The translations under genes and the position numbers were made by a program. This document shows positions 12,719 through 25,445 of a stretch of 64,000 bases of DNA, in pieces. This stretch comes from Phaeosaccion multiseriatum. Lineage: Eukaryota > Protista > Ochrophyta, other classes. The stretch spans positions 1,116,001 to 1,180,000 of the forward strand of contig OZ218965.1 of NCBI GenBank assembly GCA_965112735.1, in the 5' to 3' direction. Under the pieces are notes generated by a model that searched no databases, was not told the DNA's origin, and was given only the letters and a program-made list of their open reading frames with translations. The first letter of the stretch is position 1; each line of letters opens with the position of its first letter.

Positions 12719-14560
12719 AGTCCGGATAGTGGGCGGGGAGGGTGTCATGGAGGTGATTATGGAGTCATATGGGTCATGGAGGTGAATATGGAGTCATACG
12801 GGTCATGGAGATGATTATGAAGTCATATGGGTCATGGAGATGAATATGGAGTCTTATGGGTCATGGAGATGATTATGGAGTCATATGGGTCATGAAGTTG
12901 ATTATGGAGTCATATGGGTCATGGAGATGATTATGGAGTCATATGGGTCATGGAGATGATTATGGAGTCATATGGGTCATGGAGATGAATATGGAGTCAT
13001 ATGGGTCATGGAGATGATTTTGGAGTCATATGGGTCATGGAGGTGATTATGGAGTCATGTGGGTCATGGAGGTGATTATGGAGTCATATGGGTCATGGAG
13101 GTGATTATGGAGTCATGTGGGTTATGGAGATGATTATGGAGTCATATGGGTCATGGAGATAGTTATAGAGTCGCATGGTATCAAGAGGGGGTAGAAGGCA
13201 GTAGCGCACCATTGGGGAGGACGCGATTGATTTAAGACCTTAGCATTCGTGGACGGAGCTCTCGTTCTCTCACTCTCCCTGTGCGAGGAGGGGCCCGTGA
13301 GCACAAACGGACACTCTGGGGTCCGTTGTGTCTGCATTCCCTCCCCTTTGAGGAGCTGAAACTACTACTCGTCCCTGTGCCCTGTCACCTGATACATGAA
13401 ACCGATATTGTATCCCGTAGGGTCCTGTTTACCTGGTACTTGTCTTTGTCGCTGACACCGTCGTGTGGAGTGATGTCTCCGGCCAGCGCCTCCGCTAAGT
13501 CGTGCACGATGGCGATCTTCATAAGCTTTGTCCTATTGCAGGAGGTATACCCACGCGCGCACACACGCACACACACACACACAGAGAGAGAGAGAGCCAG
13601 AGAGAGACAGGCGTACACACAAACACACAGAGAGAGTGTGTTACAGACACACAGAGATGCGCACACGAGTACGCACATGCACACACACACCCACAGCAGT
13701 TACATCGTGAGAATCGAGTCTTTCCTGCCCCAGTGCGATGGCCCTTCCGTGGACGTGCGGTTAAAAAGAAGACAGCGTTGAAACAGAAACAAACACGCCA
13801 ACAAGCACACACAGAGTGCCCAAAGCCGCGCGTTTCTCATTCACCTATAACAAACAAACGAACGCCACACACACACACACACACACATACACACACACGC
13901 CCCTAGAGTCCCTCGCCCACATACCTATCGATGGAGGGGTCAGTGACAAGGAAGCTGCACATGGCCATTCTGTACATGTGATCCGCCACAGACTCCGGGT
14001 CCTCCACCTTGGTGTACGCACGTACCAGAGACCCACGCGACGAAACACATGTGACCAGGCAGGCAGGTTAGGGCGGTTGAGAAAATGAAGTGTGATGTCC
14101 GAGAGAGCAGCGAGACGAGCATGAGGGTGTCAGCATGGGACGACCAGCCAACAGCAGGGATATTCAGTCACTCTCAGCTGTCACGAAATATAAAATGTCG
14201 GACGCAGGATGGGGGAGAGGAGGGGAAGAGAGGTGCCCTCTTGCATTCCTCCGCCTTGCCTTTGCTTACCTTGGACCTGACCCATCCTGTGCGCTTGAGT
14301 CGCTTCAGCTTCCCGACCACGCGCATAAACTGCAGCGCTGACGACGCGGCGATGGGCGATGGTATACTGACACATGTATTGCTCCCCTCTTTGGCCCCGC
14401 CCTCTGCTGCCGAGGCGCCTGTAGGGGCTGCTATTCTCGCCGCCTTGGCTGGTGGTGGCCCCTCTACTGGGCTACCCTCCGCGGCTGACGGCTCTGAGAT
14501 GGGAGTGTTGGTGCTCGAATCACGCCCATGCTCTGCTCCCACCTCTGCTTCACTGCTCAT
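12311..14560 (-). CDS. HDDC2: HD domain-containing protein 2 (5'-deoxynucleotidase HDDC2/YfbR-like), 4 exons
   Basis: [77 protein letters not shown]. An in-frame upstream ATG at 14722 is an alternative start. Confidence 0.92.
12742..13175. repeat. 29-bp minisatellite (gggtcatggagatgattatggagtcatat), ~14-15 copies, in an HDDC2 intron
   Basis: Period of 29 visible (12771, 12800, ...). Confidence 0.92.
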
Positions 14561-15032
14561 CCTTCTGCCCAGGACTTGTTGGAAGCTGAACCGTTCGGGG
14601 GAGGACGATGAGGCCAACTTTGGGAAGGTTGGTGCTTGCTCGAGGGAGATGAAGCACCAACAGTAGGACCACGAGAGGCAGAAGAGAAAGAACGGGACCC
14701 TTGAAGAGGGAGCGTCACGCATCGAAAGGACAAGGAGCGGGAGAGGATCTTCTCCGCCTTTGTTTTGGCCCGGCCCGCGGCCTCCGGTCGTCCCGTTGAC
14801 TTACGAACTTTCCTTCTCCTTCATTCCTCCTCTCCTCTTCCTCAAGCTTCTTGGGGGGGGCAGAGAGAGAGTGCACAACTGAGCAAACAGGTGGGTGAAG
14901 AGAAGAGAGGGTCGCTGCACGCACATTGCGCTGGTATGGGAAGTCCCTGCTTACAGCAAGCTCCACTTGAAATTGCTCCCTCCTTTTTGAATGCACAGGA
15001 TCTCTCAATTGGAGGGGCGTTGCTCTATTGGA

Positions 15033-18000
15033 ATGGCGAAGATCGGCCGCCCTCGGCAGGCCCTTGATGAAAGTGGCAGTGACCGCAGCAGCAGATGCCG
15101 AAGCAACGTCGTCCGCGAGAGGCGCCGGCGCATCTTGCTGCTCGTACTTCCCATCCTGATGGCCAGCTCTCCTGCCCCGGCAACTGCAAGGACGGCCGCT
15201 CTGAGCGGCGCAGAAGCAACAGAATCCGTTGTCGAAGAAGCTGTGAGGGAGGCAGGTAGTGCAGCAAGGGCTGCGGCGGACGTCGTGCATGATGCCGCTA
15301 CTGCTGCCGCTGCTGCTGCCCTTGCTGCGGCTGAGGAATTTGGAAGTGGCGCTACACCCACCATCAAGGCCAACCGCTTCATCGAGGGGGGCGACGGCTT
15401 GATGTCGCTTCCTGGTGCGTCTGTGAGTGAGCTCGAGGAGCAGCACGCTCAGGAGCGGCAGAGGTTGTCTCCCCAGGAGACCCCTGAAGTAGGCAGTGCC
15501 TTTGATGCTGTGAATGGCATAGCCGGTTCATTGGCTGCCACATCCTCGGAAGTTGAGGTGAGAAGAAAGCTTGGTGCAGCTTAAATGACTGCTCTGTACC
15601 ATTCATGTGTGATTGATAAAACTCAACGAGGACGGGCGGGGGCGCTGAGCCTCGCTCCCAATCGCCCTCTGAAGGCATAAGTGCGCGTTCGCTCGTCCCT
15701 GCCCATGCCATACTCCGTGCTGGAAACTCAACTAAACCATCGCCACCCTTCCGTTGCATACATCTTTCGTACACGTCTCTCAGATGGCGAGCGAGGCGGT
15801 GCCGTCAGCAGGGGATGACGAACCCACACTTGGACTACGCATGGGCCAGGAGGCCCCCTTCATCGTTACGTCCTTTGGCCCCATCCTGCCCGGGGCTGGG
15901 GTTGCCCAAGGGAGGGCTGTGGAGGAGGAAGAGGAGGAGGAGACGTCAGGAGAAGGAGGTGGCTTGCAGTATGGTGAAGCAGGGGACGAAAATCGAATCG
16001 ATTTGGAGGCCGTGGTGGGCGATGGGCCATTGTCTGATCTTCTGAGGCGCTCGTTTGAGGGCGCCCTTCCCCCCGGGGCTGTTCTACCACCTTCTGCTAG
16101 CGGTGAGAGGGACGATACCCAAGAAGGGGCCCAAGAAGGGGCCCAAGAAGGGGAAGATGGAGGTGACGACAGCCTCGGCGATGCACATGCCTCGACAGAG
16201 ACGGGGGGAGGAAGAGGGCTAGAGCCTTCAGATGCGGCTGAGGGGGAGGAGAAGGAGAATGAGAAACAGTCGAAGGAGGAGGAGGCAGGAGGCTGGTCAG
16301 GGCCCGAGGGTAGTGCTTCCCCGGAGGAGGGGGTGGGGGCAGCAGCGGCAGCGGCAGCAGCAGAAGACAGTGGGTTTTGGAATGTCGGAAAGAGTGTGCT
16401 TGGAATGTTCTTCGGAGGAGCTGACCAGCCCGAGGAGGATACTCCTGGAGATTCGATAGCGAAGGTAGACAGTGGTCATGCTGCTGGTATTGGTGCTGGT
16501 GCTAGTATTGGTGCTGATGCTGGTGCTGGTGCTGATGCTGGTGCTGGTGCTGGTGCTGGTGCTGCTGGAGCGGGCGGTGCTGATGCTAGTGGGGTAGGGC
16601 TTGTTGGTGGCGCAGGTCTAAAAGACAAACTCTCTGCGTTGGAGGGAGGAGAAGGAGCGGCAATAGATGGAAGGGCGGGGGGAGGGCCTTCTCCTGTGTC
16701 AGGTGGGCGGCCTGGAGCCGCAGGTGATGGCGCAGATGGAGCTGAGGGAAGTGCTGCAATGGGGTCAGCTACGGGCGGCGATGAGAAGGGGCAAGGAAAG
16801 CCTATTGTCCACGGGAGAGACAGGGCTACCTCTGGTGGTACCAACGAACGGCAGACTGATGACATTCACGTCGAGGGCGAGGAAGGAGGGCACAGAAAGA
16901 GGGGGGAGGAAGTAGGGATTGAGGGGAGTGAATTACAACAACAAACCGGCTCCACCGCTGCAACCACTCCTGACGAGGCAAGGGATGGGCAAGAAGGCGA
17001 GAGGATGGGGGAGCGCACAGAGGCGGCGGGAGGAGGGCACGATGGTCGGCTAGAGGGTAAAGTAGAGAAGGGCGGGGCGGGGGGAAACAGTCTAGGAGGC
17101 ACTGGTGGTGACTCTATCGCCCCCGGTGGGCACGCTGGCGCTGACGTCGGAGATGGCATCGCAGCTGGTTCTTCTTCAGGTACTTCTGGTGGTGGTGGTG
17201 GTGTTGCTGCTGCTGTTGATGGACTCAGCGGTAGCGAAGTGGCGGCAGCTGCTGCGGGAGATGAGAGCAAAGGAGGCGAGGGAGGCGACGCGACAGGAGG
17301 AAACACTAGGGGAAGTGCTGCACAGACCTCTGAAGGCGAGGGAGGAGAGGCGAAGACTGGCGCTGCTGCTACCGACTCCTCCGTGGAGGATGGCAGTGGA
17401 CAGGGCGAGAAAGCGGCTGGGAGCGGCGAGGCGACGGCTGGGGAAGAAATCGGCGACACTGGGATAGCGGCAGCAGCAGAGGGAGACGTTGACGCCGCTG
17501 CGGTCACAGCAAGCGGAGAAGCTGCTGCTGCTGGTGCTGGTGGTGGTGGTGATTCTGCCGCTGCCGCTGCTGCTGCTGCTGCTGCTGGTGGTGCTGCTGC
17601 TGCTGGTGATGATGCTGCTGCTGCTGGTGGTGATGATGTTGCTGCTGCTGGTAGTGATGCTGATGCTGCTGCTGCTGCTGGTGGTGATGCTGCTGCTGGC
17701 GGTGGTGCTGGTGCCGATTCTATGGCCACTGGGACTGCTGGTGCGGCTGGTCGTGGTAGAGGTGACGGTACGGCAATTCCTGCTAGAGCTGACAGCAAAG
17801 GAGGCGAGGGAGGCGACACGGCGGGAGGAGACGCTAGGGGAAGTGCTGCACAGACCTCTCAAGGCGAGGGAGGAGAGGCGAAGACTGGCGGTGGTGCGGC
17901 CACAGCTTCGCAAGGGGAGGGGGGAAAGGCGAAGACTGACACTGCTGCTGCTGACTCCTCGATGGAGGATAGCAGTGGACAGGAGAAGGCGGCTGCGAGC

Positions 18001-19588
18001 GGCGACGCAACGGCTGGGGAGCAAGGTGGAGACAGTGAAGTAGCGGTAGGAGCAGAGGGAGATGCGGCAGCTGGTGATACGGCGGGAGAGCAGGACAGTG
18101 GGGACAAGGGTGGGGTATCGGGAGACGCTGTTGCCGCAGCCTCTGCGTCCATCCCAGCAAGCGGAGAAGCTGCTGCTGCTGCTGCTGCTGCTGGTGGTGG
18201 TGGTGGTGGTGGTGATGGTACGGCAGTTCCTGCTGGAGATGACAGCAAGGGAGGCAAGGGAAGCGACACGGCGAGAAAGGACATTAGAGGGACGGCTGCA
18301 ACAGCTTCTCAAGGTGAGGGAGGAGGGGCGATGACTGACGCTGCTGGTGCTGACCCCTCGACGGAGGACAGCCGTGGACAGGAGGATACGTCGGTGGGAG
18401 GTGGCGACGCGAAGACTGGGAAGGGCGGTGGAGAGACTGGCGTAGGGGCAGCAGCAGAAGGAGACGCGGCAGTTGGTGGTACGGCAGGAGAGCAGCCCAG
18501 TGGGAGCAAGGGCGCCGTCTCTGGAGAAGCGAGCGGTGGCGGTGATAGTGCCGCTACTACCGGTGAGGGTGAGGGTGGTGATGCAGATGCTGCTGCTGCT
18601 GCTGCTGCTACTGCTACTGCTAACGCTGCTGCTGGTGGTAGTGATGGTGATGGTGGCGATGTTGCTGCTTCTCCTGGCGGCGGTAGTAATGGTGATGGTG
18701 CTGCTGGTGCTGCTGCTGGTGCTGCTGCTGACGGACTCAGCGATAGCGAAGCGACGGCAACTTCTGCTGGAGATGACAGCAGGGGAGGCGAGGGAAGCGA
18801 TGCGGTGGGAGGAGACGCTGGCGGTGTTGCTGCAACGGCCTCTCAAGGCGAGGGAGGAGATGCGAAGTCTGACGCTGCTGCTGCTGACCCCTCGGTGGAG
18901 GGCAGCAGCAGACAGGAGAACAAGGCGGGTGGGAGTGGCATTGCGAAGGCTGGGGAAGAAGGTGGGGATAGTGGAGCAGCGGCAGGAGCAGGGGGAGATG
19001 CGGCAGTTGGTGATACGGCGGGAGAGCAGGACAGTGGGGACAAGGATGGGGTATCGGGAGACTCGAATGCCGCAGCCTCTGCGTCCATCGCTGCCGATGC
19101 GGCCGCAGCAAGCGGAGAAGCTGCTGCTGCTGCTGCTGCTGCAACACTCTCTCAAGGCGAAGGAGGAGGCACTAGTACTAGCGCTAGTGCTGCAACAGCC
19201 TCTCAAGGCGAAGGAGGAGATTTTAAGACTGACAATGGCGCCACAATCGCTCCTCAAAGCGAGGGAGGAGATGCGAAGAGTGGCGGTGGTGTGGCCACAG
19301 CTTCGCAAGCCGAGGGAGGAGGGGCGAAGACGAGCACTGGCGCTGCTGCTGCTGACTCCTCGATGGAGGACGGAAGTGGACAGGGGGAGAAAGCGGCTGG
19401 AGGTGGCGACGCGAAGACTGGGAAGGGCAGTGGAGAGACTGGCGTAGGGGCAGCACCAGAAGGAGACGCGGCAGTTGGTGGTACGGCAGGAGAGCAGCCC
19501 AGTGGGGACAAGGGCGCCGTCTCTGGAGAAGCGACCGGTGGCGGTGATAGTGCCGCTATTACCGGTGAGGGTGGTGATGATGATGTAG

Positions 19589-19628
<40 letters not shown>

Positions 19629-22600
19629 GACTGCTACTGCGGCTACTAATACTGCTGCTGGTGGCAGTGATGGTGATGGTGGTGATGTTGCTGCTTCTCC
19701 TGGCGGTGGTAGTGACGACGCCGGTAAGGTTGGGGATGGTGCTGCTGCTGCTGGTGCTGCCGCTGCTGTTGGCGGTGATGGTAATAGTGGTGCCGATGGT
19801 GATAGTGTTGGTGCTGATGCCGCTGCTGGGGGTGACGGAGCGAAAGGGCCGGATGGCTCGACTGGCGCAGCTCCCGAAGCAGGGGCAGCGCTAGGCGCAG
19901 GGGCAGGGGCAGCAGTTGGTGATACAGGAGCAGCGAGTCCCTTCGAGGCGGGGAGATACACCGGGGCTGCAGAGGAGATCCTCAAAGGGCTCAACATGGA
20001 CGGCATCGGCGGGCGGAGGGCCCCAGGGGGTGAGTGTCTTGGGCAGGAGGTTAGGGTTGAGTTAAGTGTCTGTCCAAAGGGGTGGGGGGGGGGTGAGTGG
20101 AGAGTGTCTATCTGATGCGTTGTGGTGTTGGTGTTACTGTGTGGTTGCTGCGTTGTCGCTTTGGTTGTCGCTGCTGTCCTCACCCTATTACTCGAGTATT
20201 GCGGCTTTACCCTCTGCGTCTATCCCGGCTTTGATGAGAAGCTGCCTTTCCTCATCCCCTCATTGTGTGCGCTCTCTGTCCCTCCCTCCCACACGCCCCT
20301 CCCCACTCCCTTCCCCTCTTCTACACACACACATACACGTACGCACGCACGCACGCACACACGATACCCGCCCCCTTTCAATCCTTTGAACCGCTCAAGG
20401 CCCGTTGGCTGGAGGTCGAGGCCTAACAGCAAGCTCAGAACACCCCTTCGGAGGAGGAGCAGGAGCAGGAGGAGGAGCAGCAGCAGCAGGAGGAGGAGGA
20501 GCAGCAGCGGCGGCAGCGGCGGCAGCGGCTGCCTCCCTGCAGAAGGCCCGACTGTCTGAGAGCTGGGGCAGATGTTCTCCGGCCTTCCCCTCAGACGTCA
20601 CTTCTTCTCTACCACAGGGCGAAGTCCTGAGAGTAGGAGAGTACCTTGTTGCGTGCTGTGAGGGAGAGGCCTGCGGGGATGGCAGCAACGCGTCGGTGGC
20701 GTGTCAGTGCCATGTGCTGAAGTTGCTTCCTGACGGAGCGTTGGTGCTGTACAGGGGGAATCATGTACGTGTTATCGTGTGTGTGTGTGCGTGTTCTCGT
20801 GGGTGTGTTTGTATATTTGTTGGTGTGTTTGTGTATTTGTGGGTGTGGTTGTGTGTGTGTGTGCGTGTTTGTGTGTGTGTGTGCGTGTGTGTGGCTGTGT
20901 GTGTTTTGTGTCTCATTGGGCCAAAGGAACAACGCGACAACTCACCACAACTGTCTTCAGTTGCCATACCGTTTCACTACCCTCCCCTCGCCTCCTCCCT
21001 TATCCCGGCTCTAATCCCTGCCCATATGCCTATGCCTGCCTGCCCATATGCCTGTCTGTATCCCGTTCCGTCCCGCCCCCCTGTGCAGCCCACCGGGGGC
21101 CGTCAAGTGTGGCGAGTGGGACCAAGTAGCATCGTCAAGGGCAGGCCTGTCATCGCCACTGTCACCGGGTAAGAGAGAGAGTGAGAGCAAGAGCGAGAGA
21201 GAAAAAGAGAGTGAGAGTAAGAGAGTAAGAGAGAGAGAGTGAGAGTGAGGGAGTGAGGGGCATTTGTATGGCCTGACTGCCGCTTTCCATGGGAGAAATC
21301 GTTACAGAAATGCATTCTGCGGGCGCGCACACACACCTTGGCTCTCTCTCTTTCTCTGTCTCCATCTCGCTCTCTTTCTCGTCTCTTTCCCTCGCCCCCA
21401 CCCTCTCTCTCTCATCTCCATCTACCTTCGCCTCCAACCCCCGCCCCCCCTCAAGTCTCCATCATGTGCGCATCACACTCGCCTCACTTGCTTGCCCTGC
21501 TGTGCTCTACTCTGCTGTGCTCTACTCTGCTATGCTCTACTCTATTCTATTCTGCTATGCTCTACTCTATTCTATTCTGCTATGCTCTACTCTGCTATGC
21601 TCTATTCTGCTATGCTCTACTCTGCTGTGCTCTACTCTGCTATGCTCTACTCTGCTGTGCTCTACTCTGCTGTGCTCTACTCTGCTGTGCTCTACTCTGC
21701 TATGCTCTACTCTATTCTATTCTGCTATGCTCTACTCTATTCTATTCTGCTATGCTCTACTCTATTCTATTCTGCTATGCTCTACTCTGCTATGCTCTAT
21801 TCTGCTATGCTCTACTCTGCTATGCTCTATTCTGCTATGCTCTACTCTGCTATGCTCTACTCTGCTTTTCTCTACTCACTCGTCATTCTCCTCTGTCTTC
21901 TCCACTCTACTCGACTCGACTCCGCTCTCTTTCTCCTCATCCGTACCCCCTTGCCTGTGTCTGTGCCCGTCTCAGTGAGGGTCGATTGGTCATCGCCTAC
22001 GAAGGAGAAGGAGGAGGGAAGTTGACGCCACTCTGGCAAACGCCGCTTCCAGATGACGACGCTGAATCTGTGTTGAGCACACTCGAAAGCGAGGATGGCA
22101 ACCCCGCGGCGGGTGCCGCAACGGCCGGAGAGGGAGGGGCGAGAGACGGAGGAGCAGGGGCGAGCACTTCGTCTGAGCCCCAGCGCCACTCTCTGCGCCT
22201 TCAGGCCTCAAATGGCGAGGTCCAGGTGCTGCGGCACGAGCCCCAAGCAGTTGGTGATACAGCAGCTGGAGCAGTTGGTGATACGGCAGCAGGAGGAGGG
22301 AGGGGAGAAGAGCAGGAGGAGGGGGAGGAGGTGGACGTGGTGGTGGTATGGAGAAAGCAGCGACAGAGCGCCCTGGCAGGGGCTGCAAGACGTGTGTGGA
22401 GTAGGGCCATTAAGCCTTCGTGGGGTTGGGCAAAGGTAAGCATCCGGAGGCGGAGTCCCAAGTCTATCTTCGTACGTACGTGCGTGCGTGCGTGCGTGTG
22501 TGTGTGTGGGTGCCTGCGCGTGGAGACGGGCATCCTTTTTTGTGTTTGCGTCAAGTGCGGTCTGACAGGAGGGGAGGGCGCATGGTTGTATTCGCAACTT

Positions 22601-22929
22601 TCCCCCCTGCCCCTTGCTGACCATTGTTGTACTTTTGTCTCCCCTCTCTCCCTCCCTCCCTCCCTCCCTCCCTCCCTCCCTCCCTCCCTCCCTCCCTCCC
22701 TCCCTCCCTCCCTCCCTCATTCACTCCTCTCCCCCTCCCCCCCCCTCTCCCTCCATCCATCCCTCCCTCCCTCCCTCTCCTCCTCCCTCCCTCCCAGAGT
22801 CTATTCCGGCGACTCAAGGCCGCCACGAAAGCAGTGGGCAAGAAGATCTCAGAGCGCAAGTGGATTACATACAGGCCAGCAGTGGAGCAAATCGGGGGCG
22901 CTGCTGTCGAGGAGGCAGAGGCGAGATGA
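15033..22929 (+). CDS. ~2000-aa Gly/Ala/Asp/Glu-rich repetitive protein with an N-terminal hydrophobic segment and a C-terminal bulb-type-lectin-like beta domain
   Basis: Exons 15033-15557, 15784-20029, 20400-20764, 21089-21168, 21976-22435 and 22798-22929 are frame-compatible. C-terminal LKLLPDGALVLYRG..VWRVG..ATVTGEGRLVIA..PLWQT resembles B-lectin repeats. Confidence 0.72.
21500..21870. repeat. 15-bp-based minisatellite (ctctactctgctatg)n, intronic
   Basis: Directly visible. Confidence 0.92.
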
Positions 22930-24095
22930 TAACAGGAAGCGCTTGTCTTCGCTCAAGTTGTCGAGGTGGACTTTGCTCGCAACACTTACCGTAGATAGTG
23001 ATAGACTTGATAACGCAGGAGTGCGGGTGCGCCGCAAACTACATTGGACATGGGATATATAAGGTTATATAAGTATACATAAGAAAGAAAAGAGAGAGTT
23101 TTCCCCTCGTCCACCCCCCCCCCCTGCCACTCTGCCGAACGTTGCTTAGTTTCGGCCATTTGCTTCGCCCCCACCACGAAAGTGACTTATGGCCGGATTG
23201 CTCTCTCCGCCCCCCTCTCTCTGTTTCTCTCTCTCTCTCTCCTTGTGTGTGTGTGTGTGTGTGTGTGATGATGAGCAGCGGCGACAACCTTAGAAAAGAG
23301 AAGAGAAGAGAGGGGGAGGGGGGTGATGGATAGGCGTCCCCATTGTATCGCTTTCTTTGGTACTCTCCACAGTTCATGTATGGCATGTGGTGGAGTTTCT
23401 TATCTTGTGAACAATCGACTTTGCTTCACCTGCTGCCTCATCTGTCCCATTCTATGCGGATGGCCACCACCATGGTGTTGTAGTGCCCCCCCCTACGACA
23501 CGACTACCTACTGACCGCTTACTAGAGGAGCAAGCAATGGAATGGAAGAGGGAAGGGCGACACTCGATAGTGCAACCTTACCTCGAGTCCATCGTCCTGA
23601 CAGCTTGCGATAGAGGCAGATGGATGTTGAATGTTGTCCTATTCTGGTCTGTTAATCTGAATGTGAGCGCTCTTGTGCTCCTAGTCCCCAACGAGGGGGG
23701 AAGACAAGCAAAGCGTGGCATGATAGAGTGCAAGTTGCAGGCCATGTCATCACAGTGGGGTCGCAGAAGACGCGCCCACAGAACATGAGTCTAATGTACG
23801 ATACTCTTACCCATACGTATATCTTATACCTACAGTATGAAGGGTTCTTTTGCCATTCCTTCAAGTTCACAGTTGGCTTGGTTCTTCCAACCTTCCTCCC
23901 CCCCTCCCTCCCTCCCTCCCTCCCTCCCTCGATTCCCTCCCTGCCCCCACCCCCTCCTCTCCCGTCCCTCCCTCCCTTCCTCCCTCCCAGAGTCTATTCC
24001 GGCGCCTCCAGGCCGCCACGAAAACAGGTAGCGGGCAAGAAGATCTCAAAGGTTGTCGCCGCCAATTGCCAATGGTTTCTTCAGTTGTTTGTCAC

Positions 24096-25282
24096 TCACG
24101 GCTCCACCTCTTCGCAAGCAGGCTCTCCCGCGCACATGTTGATGATTTCACACGTGAGTGTGGGGTTGTTGGTCAGGTATTGCTGGGCACCTGAGGGATT
24201 GGTAATACAGAGGGAGGGAGGGGGGGGGGGGTGGAGGGAGGGAGAAAGGGGAGGGCGGAGGCGAGGGAAGGACGGAAGGGGAGGGAGACGCAAGGACAAG
24301 GACAAGCACAGGGGGTCGGAGGGGGGGTGGCAGTGAGCGAGGAGGCGAGGACAGAGAGGGAGGAGAATGCGGCACTGTTCACCGCGCACGCACGTATCAC
24401 GCACACACGCACGTATCACGCACACACGCACACACACACCCACACACCCACACACACACCTGCTTCGAGGAAGCATGCGCGGCAGTCTTGGCCTAGGCCG
24501 AAGAAGTTGCAGAGAATGCCATCAAAGGAAGTGCCTTCTTCCGAGCAGGTGGGGTCGCAGTACAGCTCTGTGGGTGTGCGGCAGGGGGGAAGGGAGCGAG
24601 AGAGTTCGAGAGGGAGGGAGGAAGGAAGGAAGAAAAGAAGGGAGGAAGGAAACGAAGAGCGAAGGGAGGAAGGAAGGAAGGAAGGATGGAAGAAAGGAGG
24701 AAGGAAGGAAGAAAGGAAGGAAAGAAAGGAAGAAAGAAGGAAGAAAGGAAGGAAAGAAAGGAAGAAGGAAGGAAGGAAGGAAAGAAAGAAGGAAGGAAGG
24801 AGGGAAGGAAGGAAGGAAGGAAGGAAGGGAGGAAGGAAGGAAGGAAGAAAGGAAGGAAGGAAGGAAGGAAGGAAGAAAGGAAGGAAGGAAGGAAGGAAGG
24901 AAGGGAGGAAGGAAGGAAGGAAGGGAGGAAGGAAGGAAGGAAGGAAGGAAGGAAGGAAGGAAGGAAGGAAGGAAGGAAGGAAGGAAGGAAGGAAGGAAGG
25001 AAGGAAGGAAGGAAGGAAAGGGTGGGGCGATTAGTCGGGGCAGACATTCACAGAGTCGAGAGTCAATCAAGTGTCTGAGACGCTAGAGGGTGGGCGGGCT
25101 GAGAGATGGACGTGATGCCTCCTCCGTCCGAAGCTTTGAAACAAACCTTCCTTGACCACACCCTCCCTCCTGCTTGCTACCCACAGGCAGCTCTTCTGTC
25201 CCGGTCGGTCGGCCGGTCGATCCGTCTGTCTGTGTGTCTGTCTGTGTGTCTGTCTGTCTGTCTGCCTGTCTGTCTGTCTGCC

Positions 25283-25337
<55 letters not shown>

Positions 25338-25340
25338 GTA

Positions 25341-25397
<57 letters not shown>

Positions 25398-25398
25398 G

Positions 25399-25445
<47 letters not shown>

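Noticed and set aside
16866-20183. Long antisense and alternate-frame ORFs (710, 324, 317, 309 aa)
   Set aside because: Shadows of GCT/GGT codon repeats in the large + strand exon
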